Shown here in pieces: positions 11,495-16,325 of a stretch of 32,000 nucleotides of DNA. The DNA comes from an uncultured delta proteobacterium (GTDB lineage: Bacteria; Myxococcota_A; Polyangia; Polyangiales; Polyangiaceae), in contig CAWIUL010000012.1 of NCBI GenBank assembly GCA_963839305.1, positions 1 to 32,000 of the forward strand. The letters run 5' to 3'. Every line of letters starts with the position of its first letter. Positions within the stretch are counted from its first letter, which is position 1. The position numbers and the translations under genes were made by a program. Below the pieces are notes generated by a model. The model had not been told where the DNA came from, ran no database searches, and saw only the letters and a program-made list of their open reading frames with translations.

Positions 11495-11567
11495 TGGGAG
11501 GATCGGGGATCGAACCCGACGGATCTGCCTTGTCGCGGCAGCGTGTTCGCCAGCTCACTCTCCTCCC
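11495..11567 (-). tRNA. tRNA-Val-like (anticodon GAC) with non-canonical anticodon loop
   Basis: Acceptor GGGAGGA/TCCTCCC and T arm TCGGG-TTCGATC-CCCGA are clean. The anticodon arm is CTGCC-GCGACAA-GGCAG, i.e. G32 and C33 in place of the near-universal U33. Confidence 0.6.
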
Positions 11568-11639
11568 GTGGTCGCGAGATTCGAACTCGCAGTCCCTCCG
11601 TCCCGAACGGAGTGCTCTACCAGGTTGAGCCACACCTAG
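11567..11639 (-). tRNA. tRNA-Pro(CGG)-like, probable pseudo-tRNA
   Basis: D arm GCTC-AACCTGGTA-GAGC, anticodon arm CTCCG-TTCGGGA-CGGAG and T arm GCGAG-TTCGAAT-CTCGC are good. The acceptor strands CTAGGTG / GACCACG pair at only 4 of 7 positions, and the 3' strand overlaps the 5' end of the neighbouring tRNA. Confidence 0.35.
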
Positions 11640-11640
11640 A

Positions 11641-11716
11641 TGGTTGGGGCGGAGGGGCTCGAACCCCCATAGCCGGAATCAAAATCCGACGTCCTTGCCG
11701 ATTGAACGACGCCCCA
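11641..11716 (-). tRNA. tRNA-Gln (anticodon TTG)
   Basis: U1-A72 acceptor TGGGGCG/CGCCCCA, anticodon arm TCGGA-TTTTGAT-TCCGG, T loop TTCGAGC, A73 and encoded CCA. Confidence 0.85.
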
Positions 11717-11723
11717 ATGCAAG

Positions 11724-11798
11724 TACCAACGAAGGGATTCGAACCCATACTGTCTTGATCCTGAATCAAGCGCCTCCTACCAATTGGGCTACGTTGGC
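11724..11798 (-). tRNA. tRNA with Leu anticodon CAG but short (5-nt) variable region
   Basis: Acceptor GCCAACG/CGTTGGT, Leu-type D arm TAGCCCAATTGGTAGGAGGC, anticodon arm CTTGA-TTCAGGA-TCAAG, variable ACAGT, T loop TTCGAAT, A73. Confidence 0.65.
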
Positions 11799-11802
11799 GT
11801 AG

Positions 11803-11873
11803 AGCCTCCGCTGAGAGTCGAACTCAGACATCGACGTTCGAAGCGTCGAGCGCGGGTCCACCGCGACGAAGGC
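11803..11873 (-). tRNA. tRNA-Arg (anticodon TCG), compact D arm
   Basis: Acceptor GCCTTCG/CGGAGGC, D arm CGCGG-TGGAC-CCGCG, anticodon arm (T)CGACG-CTTCGAA-CGTCG(A), T arm CTGAG-TTCGACT-CTCAG, U73. Confidence 0.65.
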
Positions 11874-11874
11874 G

Positions 11875-11948
11875 TGGCCTCTCCGCTAGGAGTCGAACCT
11901 AGACAACCACTTTCGTAGAGTGGTGCGTCGATCCACGACGACGAAGAG
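11875..11948 (-). tRNA. tRNA-Arg (anticodon ACG), compact D arm
   Basis: Acceptor CTCTTCG/CGGAGAG, D arm GTCG-TGGAT-CGAC, anticodon arm CCACT-CTACGAA-AGTGG, T arm CTAGG-TTCGACT-CCTAG, G73 and encoded CCA. Confidence 0.65.
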
Positions 11949-11954
11949 ATTCAG

Positions 11955-12025
11955 AGCGGGCGAGGGGAATCGAACCCCCACCTTCGCGTAGGCACCGCGA
12001 TGCTCGACCTTCGAGCTGCACCCGC
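11955..12025 (-). tRNA. tRNA-Gly (anticodon GCC)
   Basis: Acceptor GCGGGTG/CGCCCGC, D arm GCTC-GAAGGTC-GAGC, anticodon arm TCGCG-GTGCCTA-CGCGA, T arm GGGGG-TTCGATT-CCCCT, U73. Confidence 0.8.
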
Positions 12026-12036
12026 AAACACACGAG

Positions 12037-12108
12037 AGCGGACAGTCGGATTTGAACCGACGCTCCAGGGCTTGGAAGGCCCGGCGACCGCCACAGTCTT
12101 TTGCCCGC
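12037..12108 (-). tRNA. tRNA-Gly (anticodon TCC)
   Basis: Acceptor GCGGGCA/TGTCCGC, anticodon loop CTTCCAA (one stem mismatch), T arm GTCGG-TTCAAAT-CCGAC, U73. Confidence 0.75.
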
Positions 12109-12115
12109 ATGGCGT

Positions 12116-12205
12116 TGGCGGAAGCATGCAGAGTCGAACTGCTGCGACGAGTCGCCGCAAGACCGCGTAGCAAACGGTTGCCCGGCCACCCAGGCGAATG
12201 CTTCC
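12116..12205 (-). tRNA. tRNA-Ser (anticodon GCT), class II
   Basis: Acceptor GGAAGCA/TGCTTCC, anticodon arm ACCGT-TTGCTAC-GCGGT, long variable arm TGCGGCG-ACT-CGTCGCA, T loop TTCGACT, G73 and encoded CCA. Confidence 0.8.
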
Positions 12206-12209
12206 TCGG

Positions 12210-12292
12210 CGGAAAGTGGAGGAGTCGAACCCCACCGATTTCTCGGCACCGGTTTTCAAGACCGGCATGCGTCCGCACGCAATTCACTTTCC
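12210..12292 (-). tRNA. tRNA-Ser (anticodon TGA), class II
   Basis: Acceptor GGAAAGT/ACTTTCC, anticodon arm CCGGT-CTTGAAA-ACCGG, variable arm CCGA-GAAA-TCGG, T loop TTCGACT, G73. The D arm is irregular. Confidence 0.7.
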
Positions 12293-12303
12293 ATACGTAA
12301 CGA

Positions 12304-12377
12304 TGGTGGACCGACCGAGACTCGAACTCGGATCTCTGACTTGCGACGCCAGCGTCTTGCCGTTGGACGATCAGCCC
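12304..12377 (-). tRNA. tRNA-Ala (anticodon CGC)
   Basis: Acceptor GGGCTGA/TCGGTCC with the G3:U70 Ala identity pair, anticodon arm CTGGC-GTCGCAA-GTCAG, T arm CCGAG-TTCGAGT-CTCGG, A73 and encoded CCA. Confidence 0.8.
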
Positions 12378-12378
12378 A

Positions 12379-12453
12379 TGGCGCCCTCGACCGGGATCGA
12401 ACCGACCTCAACCCGTAGACAGCGGGTCTGCCTCACCAGATGCATACGAGGGC
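12379..12453 (-). tRNA. tRNA-Asp (anticodon GTC)
   Basis: Acceptor GCCCTCG/CGAGGGC, anticodon arm ACCCG-CTGTCTA-CGGGT, T loop TTCGATC, G73 and encoded CCA. Confidence 0.85.
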
Positions 12454-12472
12454 ACAAACTATTAAGAGCGAG

Positions 12473-12546
12473 TGCGAGCGGAGGGATTCGAACCCTCACA
12501 TTCCTGGACTTAAATCAGGCGCCTCTACCAATTGGGCTACGCTCGC
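12473..12546 (-). tRNA. tRNA with Leu anticodon TAA but short (5-nt) variable region
   Basis: Acceptor GCGAGCG/CGCTCGC, D arm TAGCCCAATTGGTAGAGGC, anticodon arm CCTGA-TTTAAGT-CCAGG (31:39 A-C mismatch), variable AATGT, T arm GAGGG-TTCGAAT-CCCTC, A73. Confidence 0.6.
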
Positions 12547-12562
12547 GTGACGCGCTCCGAAG

Positions 12563-12637
12563 TACGAACGGAGAGATTCGAACTCTCACTGTCCTGGGTT
12601 TGAAGCAGGTGCCTCCTACCAATTGGGCTACGTTCGT
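12563..12637 (-). tRNA. tRNA with Leu anticodon CAA but short (5-nt) variable region
   Basis: Acceptor ACGAACG/CGTTCGT, D arm TAGCCCAATTGGTAGGAGGC, anticodon arm CCTGC-TTCAAAC-CCAGG (31:39 C-C mismatch), variable ACAGT, T arm GAGAG-TTCGAAT-CTCTC, A73. Confidence 0.6.
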
Positions 12638-12638
12638 A

Positions 12639-12726
12639 TGGTGTCATCGGAGGGACTCGAACCCTCATACCCCGTTAGGGGCCTAGGTCCTCAGCCTAGT
12701 GTGTATACCAGTTCCACCACGATGAC
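12639..12726 (-). tRNA. tRNA-Leu (anticodon GAG), canonical class II
   Basis: Acceptor GTCATCG/CGATGAC, anticodon arm CTAGG-CTGAGGA-CCTAG, long variable arm CCCC-TAA-CGGGG, T arm GAGGG-TTCGAGT-CCCTC, A73 and encoded CCA. Confidence 0.85.
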
Positions 12727-12733
12727 GTGTCGG

Positions 12734-12806
12734 TGGGCAGATTCGGGATCGAACCGAATTCTCCGAGGCTTCAACTCGGCGCAATGACCACACTTGCTCT
12801 CTGCCC
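12734..12806 (-). tRNA. tRNA-Phe (anticodon GAA)
   Basis: Acceptor GGGCAGA/TCTGCCC, D arm GCAA-GTGTGGTCA-TTGC, anticodon arm CCGAG-TTGAAGC-CTCGG, T arm TTCGG-TTCGATC-CCGAA, A73. Confidence 0.85.
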
Positions 12807-12813
12807 ATGCCGG

Positions 12814-12887
12814 CGTTCCCACAGGGATTCGAACCCTGGTTTCCTGATCGAGAATCAGGCTTCCTTGGCCATCTAGAAGATGGGAAC
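12814..12887 (-). tRNA. tRNA-Glu (anticodon CTC)
   Basis: Acceptor GTTCCCA/TGGGAAC, D arm TTCT-AGATGGCCAA-GGAA, anticodon arm CCTGA-TTCTCGA-TCAGG, T arm CAGGG-TTCGAAT-CCCTG, G73. Confidence 0.85.
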
Positions 12888-12894
12888 AGTCGAG

Positions 12895-12967
12895 CGCGCC
12901 CTATGGGGTTCGAACCCATCTTGCCGGATTGAAAGTCCAGTATCCTGACCGCCTAGAAGAAGGGCGC
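12895..12967 (-). tRNA. tRNA-Glu (anticodon TTC)
   Basis: Acceptor GCGCCCT/AGGGCGC, anticodon arm CTGGA-CTTTCAA-TCCGG, T arm ATGGG-TTCGAAC-CCCAT, G73. Confidence 0.85.
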
Positions 12968-12973
12968 AGCGGG

Positions 12974-13044
12974 AGCTGGCGAGCGGAATCGAACCGCTCC
13001 CGCCGCTTTACGAAAACGGTGCTCCGCCTTGGAGCTACACCAGC
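12974..13044 (-). tRNA. tRNA-Thr (anticodon CGT)
   Basis: Acceptor GCTGGTG/CGCCAGC, D arm GCTC-CAAGGCG-GAGC, anticodon arm CCGTT-TTCGTAA-AGCGG, T arm AGCGG-TTCGATT-CCGCT, U73. Confidence 0.8.
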
Positions 13045-13048
13045 ATTG

Positions 13049-13120
13049 CTCACCGAGAGGGAATCGAACCCCCGATAGGGCGCTTAACAGACGCCTGCCT
13101 TACCACTTGGCTATCGGTGA
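13049..13120 (-). tRNA. tRNA-Asn (anticodon GTT)
   Basis: U1-A72 acceptor TCACCGA/TCGGTGA, anticodon arm GGCGT-CTGTTAA-GCGCC, T arm GGGGG-TTCGATT-CCCTC, G73. Confidence 0.85.
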
Positions 13121-13187
13121 ATACAAAACAGGAGAGGCATGCCCGCATCGACGCGCGCCACGTCCTGGCAAATTTTCAAAGAGCAAA

Positions 13188-13203
13188 GTGCTCGCGAGAG
13201 CAC
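13188..13203 (-). terminator. intrinsic-terminator-like hairpin inside the tRNA array
   Basis: On the minus strand, GTGCTC-TCGC-GAGCAC is followed by TTTGCTCTTTGAAAATTT. It sits in the 84-nt spacer directly after tRNA-Gln(CTG). Confidence 0.45.
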
Positions 13204-13204
13204 C

Positions 13205-13279
13205 TGGTTCGGGCTGAAGGACTCGAACCTTCATTCTCGGTTTCAGAAACCGGCGTCCTAGCCGTTGGACGAAGCCCGA
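13205..13279 (-). tRNA. tRNA-Gln (anticodon CTG)
   Basis: U1-A72 acceptor TCGGGCT/AGCCCGA, anticodon loop TTCTGAA (one stem mismatch), T arm GAAGG-TTCGAGT-CCTTC, A73 and encoded CCA. Confidence 0.8.
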
Positions 13280-13288
13280 AAGCGGCAG

Positions 13289-13359
13289 TGGGTCCGGAGG
13301 GAATCGGACCCTCGCCGAGTGCTTAAGAGGCACCTGCTCGACCTTCGAGCTACGGACCC
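13289..13359 (-). tRNA. tRNA-Lys (anticodon CTT), atypical T loop
   Basis: Acceptor GGGTCCG/CGGACCC, D arm GCTC-GAAGGTC-GAGC (identical to the Gly-GCC gene), anticodon arm GGTGC-CTCTTAA-GCACT, T arm GAGGG-TCCGATT-CCCTC (C at position 55), A73. Confidence 0.7.
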
Positions 13360-13369
13360 ATCGATGAAG

Positions 13370-13442
13370 TGGGACGTTCCGGGATCGAACCGGACTCCTG
13401 CCGCTTAAAAGACGGCTGCATCACCATTGTTGCTAACGTCCC
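13370..13442 (-). tRNA. tRNA-Lys (anticodon TTT)
   Basis: Acceptor GGGACGT/ACGTCCC, anticodon arm GCCGT-CTTTTAA-GCGGC, T arm TCCGG-TTCGATC-CCGGA, A73. Confidence 0.85.
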
Positions 13443-13505
13443 TCTTTCTTCCTCGCCCGTCTCTCACGGGCATGAGTTTGCGTTTCATGATTGCGTTCCT
13501 CGTCT

Positions 13506-13591
13506 TGGTGGGATGCGGTGGAGTCGAACCACTTGCCCGAAGGCCACCGGGTTACAGCCGGCTTGAGCTTCCACTGCTCAGAACGCACCCC
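13506..13591 (-). tRNA. tRNA-Tyr (anticodon GTA), class II
   Basis: Acceptor GGGGTGC/GCATCCC, anticodon arm GCCGG-CTGTAAC-CCGGT, long variable arm, T loop TTCGACT, A73 and encoded CCA. Confidence 0.8.
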
Positions 13592-13708
13592 GCTTCGCGT
13601 GGATGGTTTAAGCGTCGATATCGCTCTTGATGGTTTTGGTTGGTGCTCATCGAGTACACGTCTCCGTGCTCCCAATCGGGAGCGCGAAACTTCGAGCCCA
13701 GAAACGAC

Positions 13709-13741
13709 GAAGGCCGCTCTCGGTTTCCCGAGGCGGCCTTC
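13709..13741 (-). terminator. long GC hairpin with GAAA tetraloop (terminator-like)
   Basis: On the minus strand, GAAGGCCGCCTCGG-GAAA-CCGAG(A)GCGGCCTTC is followed by GTCGTTTCT. It lies between tRNA-His and the array. Confidence 0.4.
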
Positions 13742-13951
13742 CTCTGCGCGTGTTGCGCGTGATGGAAGAACCGCCTCTACGTACCGACCTCCTGATTGCG
13801 TGCGGCCGACTTCGGTTCGATGGAGGCGGGATAGCTGGGCGTAAGCGAGTCACGATCGCCGGACAAAATGCACGACGGCCCAGCAAGCTCTTTTTGCGAG
13901 CTCCGGGCTAGAGACGTGAATTTCGGCGTGGGACACATCATGGGAAAATCT

Positions 13952-14028
13952 TGGGGTGAGTGACGGGATTCGAACCCGTGAATACGTGAGCCACAGACAC
14001 GCGCCTTGACCACTTGGCTACACCCACC
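13952..14028 (-). tRNA. tRNA-His (anticodon GTG) with encoded G-1
   Basis: G-1 pairs with C73. Acceptor GTGGGTG/CACTCAC, D arm GCC-AAGTGGTCAA-GGC, anticodon loop CTGTGGC, T arm ACGGG-TTCGAAT-CCCGT, encoded CCA. Confidence 0.85.
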
Positions 14029-14185
14029 ATACGGAAGCTCGTCGCGAGTTCTCGTATGGAGAGGGCGCGTTGTGGTGCGCGTGAGAAACATGGGCTGAAG
14101 AGAACGACGAAGTGTCGCTGGAGTCCCTGACTCGTTCGCGTCACTTTTTCTTGCAGCGGAAACCGGGTGCTCTGGGAATCGCGAA

Positions 14186-14480
14186 CTACAAGTATTGCCA
14201 GCCGAAGCTTCCCGGAAGCCAGAGCCGCACCTCGCAGCTCCCCGGGGCCACGCCGCGGAAGCCGCACTCGCATTCGAGCTCGAATTCATCGACAAGTGAG
14301 GATGGGCGGCTCGCATTGAGCAGCAGCTCCACGAGTCGAGCGGTGCCTTCGTCGGTTCCGAAGCCGACGACAGTGTCGCGCGCTGCCCATTCAGACTCGC
14401 TCCCAATACTTTCGTCGGCGTTCGTAAGGAAAAAGCCCGGAAGGCCCCATGCGCCTCGCTCGGACGCGCGTACCCACGGA
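14186..14480 (-). pseudogene. C-terminal fragment of a hypothetical gene split by the IS3 element
   Basis: Reads ..PWVRASERGAWGLPGFFLTNADESIGSESEWAARDTVVGFGTDEGTARLVELLLNASRPSSLVDEFELECECGFRGVAPGSCEVRLWLPGSFGWQYL*. It joins in frame to the fragment right of the IS once the IS and one GGA copy are removed. Confidence 0.55.
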
Positions 14481-14507
14481 TCATCTTCCCCCCTGCTGAC
14501 GGACACC
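14481..14507. repeat. IS3-family left terminal inverted repeat
   Basis: See the mobile_element entry; roughly 22 of 27 positions match the right end. Confidence 0.7.
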
Positions 14508-14542
14508 TCGGATAGCGCGATACTGCGCGGGAGTGTTCGACG

Positions 14543-14854
14543 ATGGGACAAAAGAAGGAACTTAAGAAACGGCGCGCTCGGCGGACGTTCACGGCGGCGC
14601 AGAAGGCCGACGCGGTGCGGCTCGTGAAGAGCGGCAAGTCGGTCGCGCAGGTGGCGCGGGAGCTCGATCTGACGGCAACGTCGCTGCACGTGTGGGTACG
14701 GCGCGCGGAGGCGGATGCCGGCGAGCGTAGCGACGCGCTGACGACCCAGGAGCGCGAGGAGCTGTCGCGGCTGCGACGAGAGGTCAAGCACCTGCAGCGG
14801 GAACGCGACATCCTAAAAGCGGCGGCCACCTTCTTCGCGAAGGAGAGCGCGTGA
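14543..14854 (+). CDS. IS3-family transposase OrfA (HTH)
   Basis: MGQKKELKKRRARRTFTAAQKADAVRLVKSGKSVAQVARELDLTATSLHVWVRR... followed by a leucine-zipper-like ELSRLRREVKHLQRERDILKAAATFFAKE. Confidence 0.85.
   Translation: MGQKKELKKRRARRTFTAAQKADAVRLVKSGKSVAQVARELDLTATSLHVWVRRAEADAGERSDALTTQEREELSRLRREVKHLQRERDILKAAATFFAKESA
14815..14819 (+). promoter_or_regulatory. candidate -1 programmed frameshift site A-AAA-G for the OrfAB fusion
   Basis: orfA codons cta aaa gcg. orfB is in the -1 frame, and that frame is open from this point (PKSGGHLLREGERVKY...). Confidence 0.5.
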
Positions 14855-15723
14855 AGTACGCGTTCATCGATTCGCAGAAGGTGGCCTGGCCGGTCATGGC
14901 CATGTGCGAGGCGCTCGGCGTCTCCAAGAGCGGCTACTACGACTGGCTCGCCGAGCCCATCACCGAGCGTGAGCGTCGCGACGTCGCGCTCGCCTCCAAG
15001 GTCCGCGCCATCTTCGGAGACCATCGCGGCCGCTATGGGAGCCCTCGCGTCGCTGAGGAGCTGCGTGCCGACGGCGAGGTCGTCAACGAAAAGCGCGTCG
15101 CGCGCATCATGCGGGAAACCGGCCTCGTTGCGAGCCGCAGCAAGCGCTTCGTCGCCACGACCGACTCGGCCCACGCCGAGCCGATCGCGCCCAACCTGCT
15201 CGAGCGGAACTTCACCACAGACGCACGCAATCGCGTCTGGGTGACGGACGTGACGGCGATTTGGACGATGGCCGGCTGGTTGTATCTTGCAGCCATTCTC
15301 GACCTGTACTCGCGGCGAGTCGTGGGCTGGGCGACCAGCGATACCAACGACACCGCGCTCGCGCTCGACGCGCTCAGAGCAGCGTTGCGCGAGCGTCGCC
15401 CCGCGCCGGGGCTCGTCCACCACTCCGACCGCGGCAGCCCCTACGCGAGCGCCGCCTACCGTGCCGCGCTCTCGACCGCCGGCATCGTCGCGAGCATGAG
15501 CCGCAAAGGCGATTGCTGGGACAATGCCGTCGCCGAAAGCTTCAACGCTACCCTCAAGACCGAGGCCATCGACCACGTGCCCGCCGACCACGACGCCGGG
15601 ACGCGCCTCGTCGCCGCGTACATCGATGGCTACTACAACGTCCGGCGTAGGCACTCTTTCCTTGGTTACGAGACCCCGATCACGTTTGAATGGAAGCGGA
15701 CCATCACCGAGATGGCCGCGTGA
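14851..15723 (+). CDS. IS3-family transposase OrfB (DDE/RNase-H-like integrase core)
   Basis: 290 aa: ...GRYGSPRVAEELRADGEVVNEKRVARIMRETGLVA...RVWVTDVTAIWTMAGWLYLAAILDLYSRRVVGWA...VHHSDRGSPYAS..YRAAL...GIVASMSRKGDCWDNAVAESFNATLKTE. Confidence 0.9.
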   Translation: MKYAFIDSQKVAWPVMAMCEALGVSKSGYYDWLAEPITERERRDVALASKVRAIFGDHRGRYGSPRVAEELRADGEVVNEKRVARIMRETGLVASRSKRFVATTDSAHAEPIAPNLLERNFTTDARNRVWVTDVTAIWTMAGWLYLAAILDLYSRRVVGWATSDTNDTALALDALRAALRERRPAPGLVHHSDRGSPYASAAYRAALSTAGIVASMSRKGDCWDNAVAESFNATLKTEAIDHVPADHDAGTRLVAAYIDGYYNVRRRHSFLGYETPITFEWKRTITEMAA

Positions 15724-15732
15724 GTTACGAAA

Positions 15733-15759
15733 CCTGTCCGCCCAGCGGGGGGAAGATCA
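15733..15759. repeat. IS3-family right terminal inverted repeat
   Basis: See the mobile_element entry. Confidence 0.7.
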
Positions 15760-15900
15760 GGATGCTTTCCCGTCTCACTCGGGTAGTAGTTCAGTACCAA
15801 AGGCTGCGAATGGTATCCGGGCGTCGTTGCGATCCAATCGTTTCGCAGGAGGAGGCGGCGGATGTTCGATGCGGGATGAGCTTCGTGTCCGTCATCGTTC
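15760..15900 (-). pseudogene. N-terminal fragment of the IS-disrupted hypothetical gene (start not resolved)
   Basis: The open frame reads ..DDGHEAHPASNIRRLLLRNDWIATTPGYHSQPLVLNYYPSETGKH and joins PWVRASERG.. across the IS. The only ATG (MTDTKLI) is in a neighbouring frame. Confidence 0.4.
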
Positions 15901-15933
15901 TTCCACCGACGCGCGAAACGCGCAGAGTTCCCG

Positions 15934-16007
15934 TGGACTCGGAGGCAGGATTCGAACCTGCGCCCAGCAGGTCCGAGCCTGCCGTTCTACCGCTGAACTA
16001 CTCCGAG
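15934..16007 (-). tRNA. tRNA-Pro (anticodon CGG)
   Basis: C1-G72 acceptor CTCGGAG/CTCCGAG, D arm GTTC-AGCGGTA-GAAC, anticodon arm GCAGG-CTCGGAC-CTGCT, T arm GCAGG-TTCGAAT-CCTGC, encoded CCA. Confidence 0.85.
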
Positions 16008-16325
16008 GTGATTCGAGCGTAGACCGTCCCTCCTCGTCACGGAACGTGAAGCCACCAAGGACGAATGAAGTCGTCGAGTCGGACATCGGTGCGTCACCGC
16101 CGGTCTCCCGCGGCGAGTACGACGCGCGCACGACGCCGACTTAGCCGGCGACGTCACCGTAGCGTCCGTTCGTTGTCCTCGAAGCGAAGCTTGGCGTACG
16201 AAAGGTCGCGTCGCGGACGTGTCACGTGAATGCGACTCAAGTCAGACTTCATGCATCGGATCGTCATTTGATGCTGGATACTAGAGCCGCATGTCGACAC
16301 GCAGCTTGCGCACAGTAAAGGCCGC

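Larger units (their letters stand above)
14481..15759 (+). mobile_element. IS3-family insertion sequence (1279 bp) with orfA/orfB and 3-bp target-site duplication
   Basis: Imperfect terminal inverted repeats TCATCTTCCCCCCTGCTGACGGACA (14481-) and TGATCTTCCCCCCGCTGGGCGGACA (reverse complement from 15759). GGA is directly repeated at 14478-14480 and 15760-15762. Both transposase ORFs are intact. Confidence 0.85.

Noticed and set aside
11369-13591. A ~75-90 bp periodicity that could suggest a CRISPR or REP-type repeat array
   Set aside because: Each unit folds as a cloverleaf with a distinct anticodon. There is no constant repeat alternating with unique spacers.
13777-15654. 625-aa minus-strand ORF spanning tRNA-His and the IS3 element
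   Set aside because: It runs antisense through the well-supported transposase genes and through a tRNA, and its composition is off-frame-like. Only its 14186-14480 neighbour frame was kept, as the fragment of the IS-disrupted gene.
15775-15850. Plus-strand tRNA-like 5' half (GGGTAGTAGTTCAGTACC...)
   Set aside because: It has no matching T arm or acceptor 3' strand. The segment lies in the open frame of the IS-disrupted gene (..PLVLNYYPSE.. on the minus strand).
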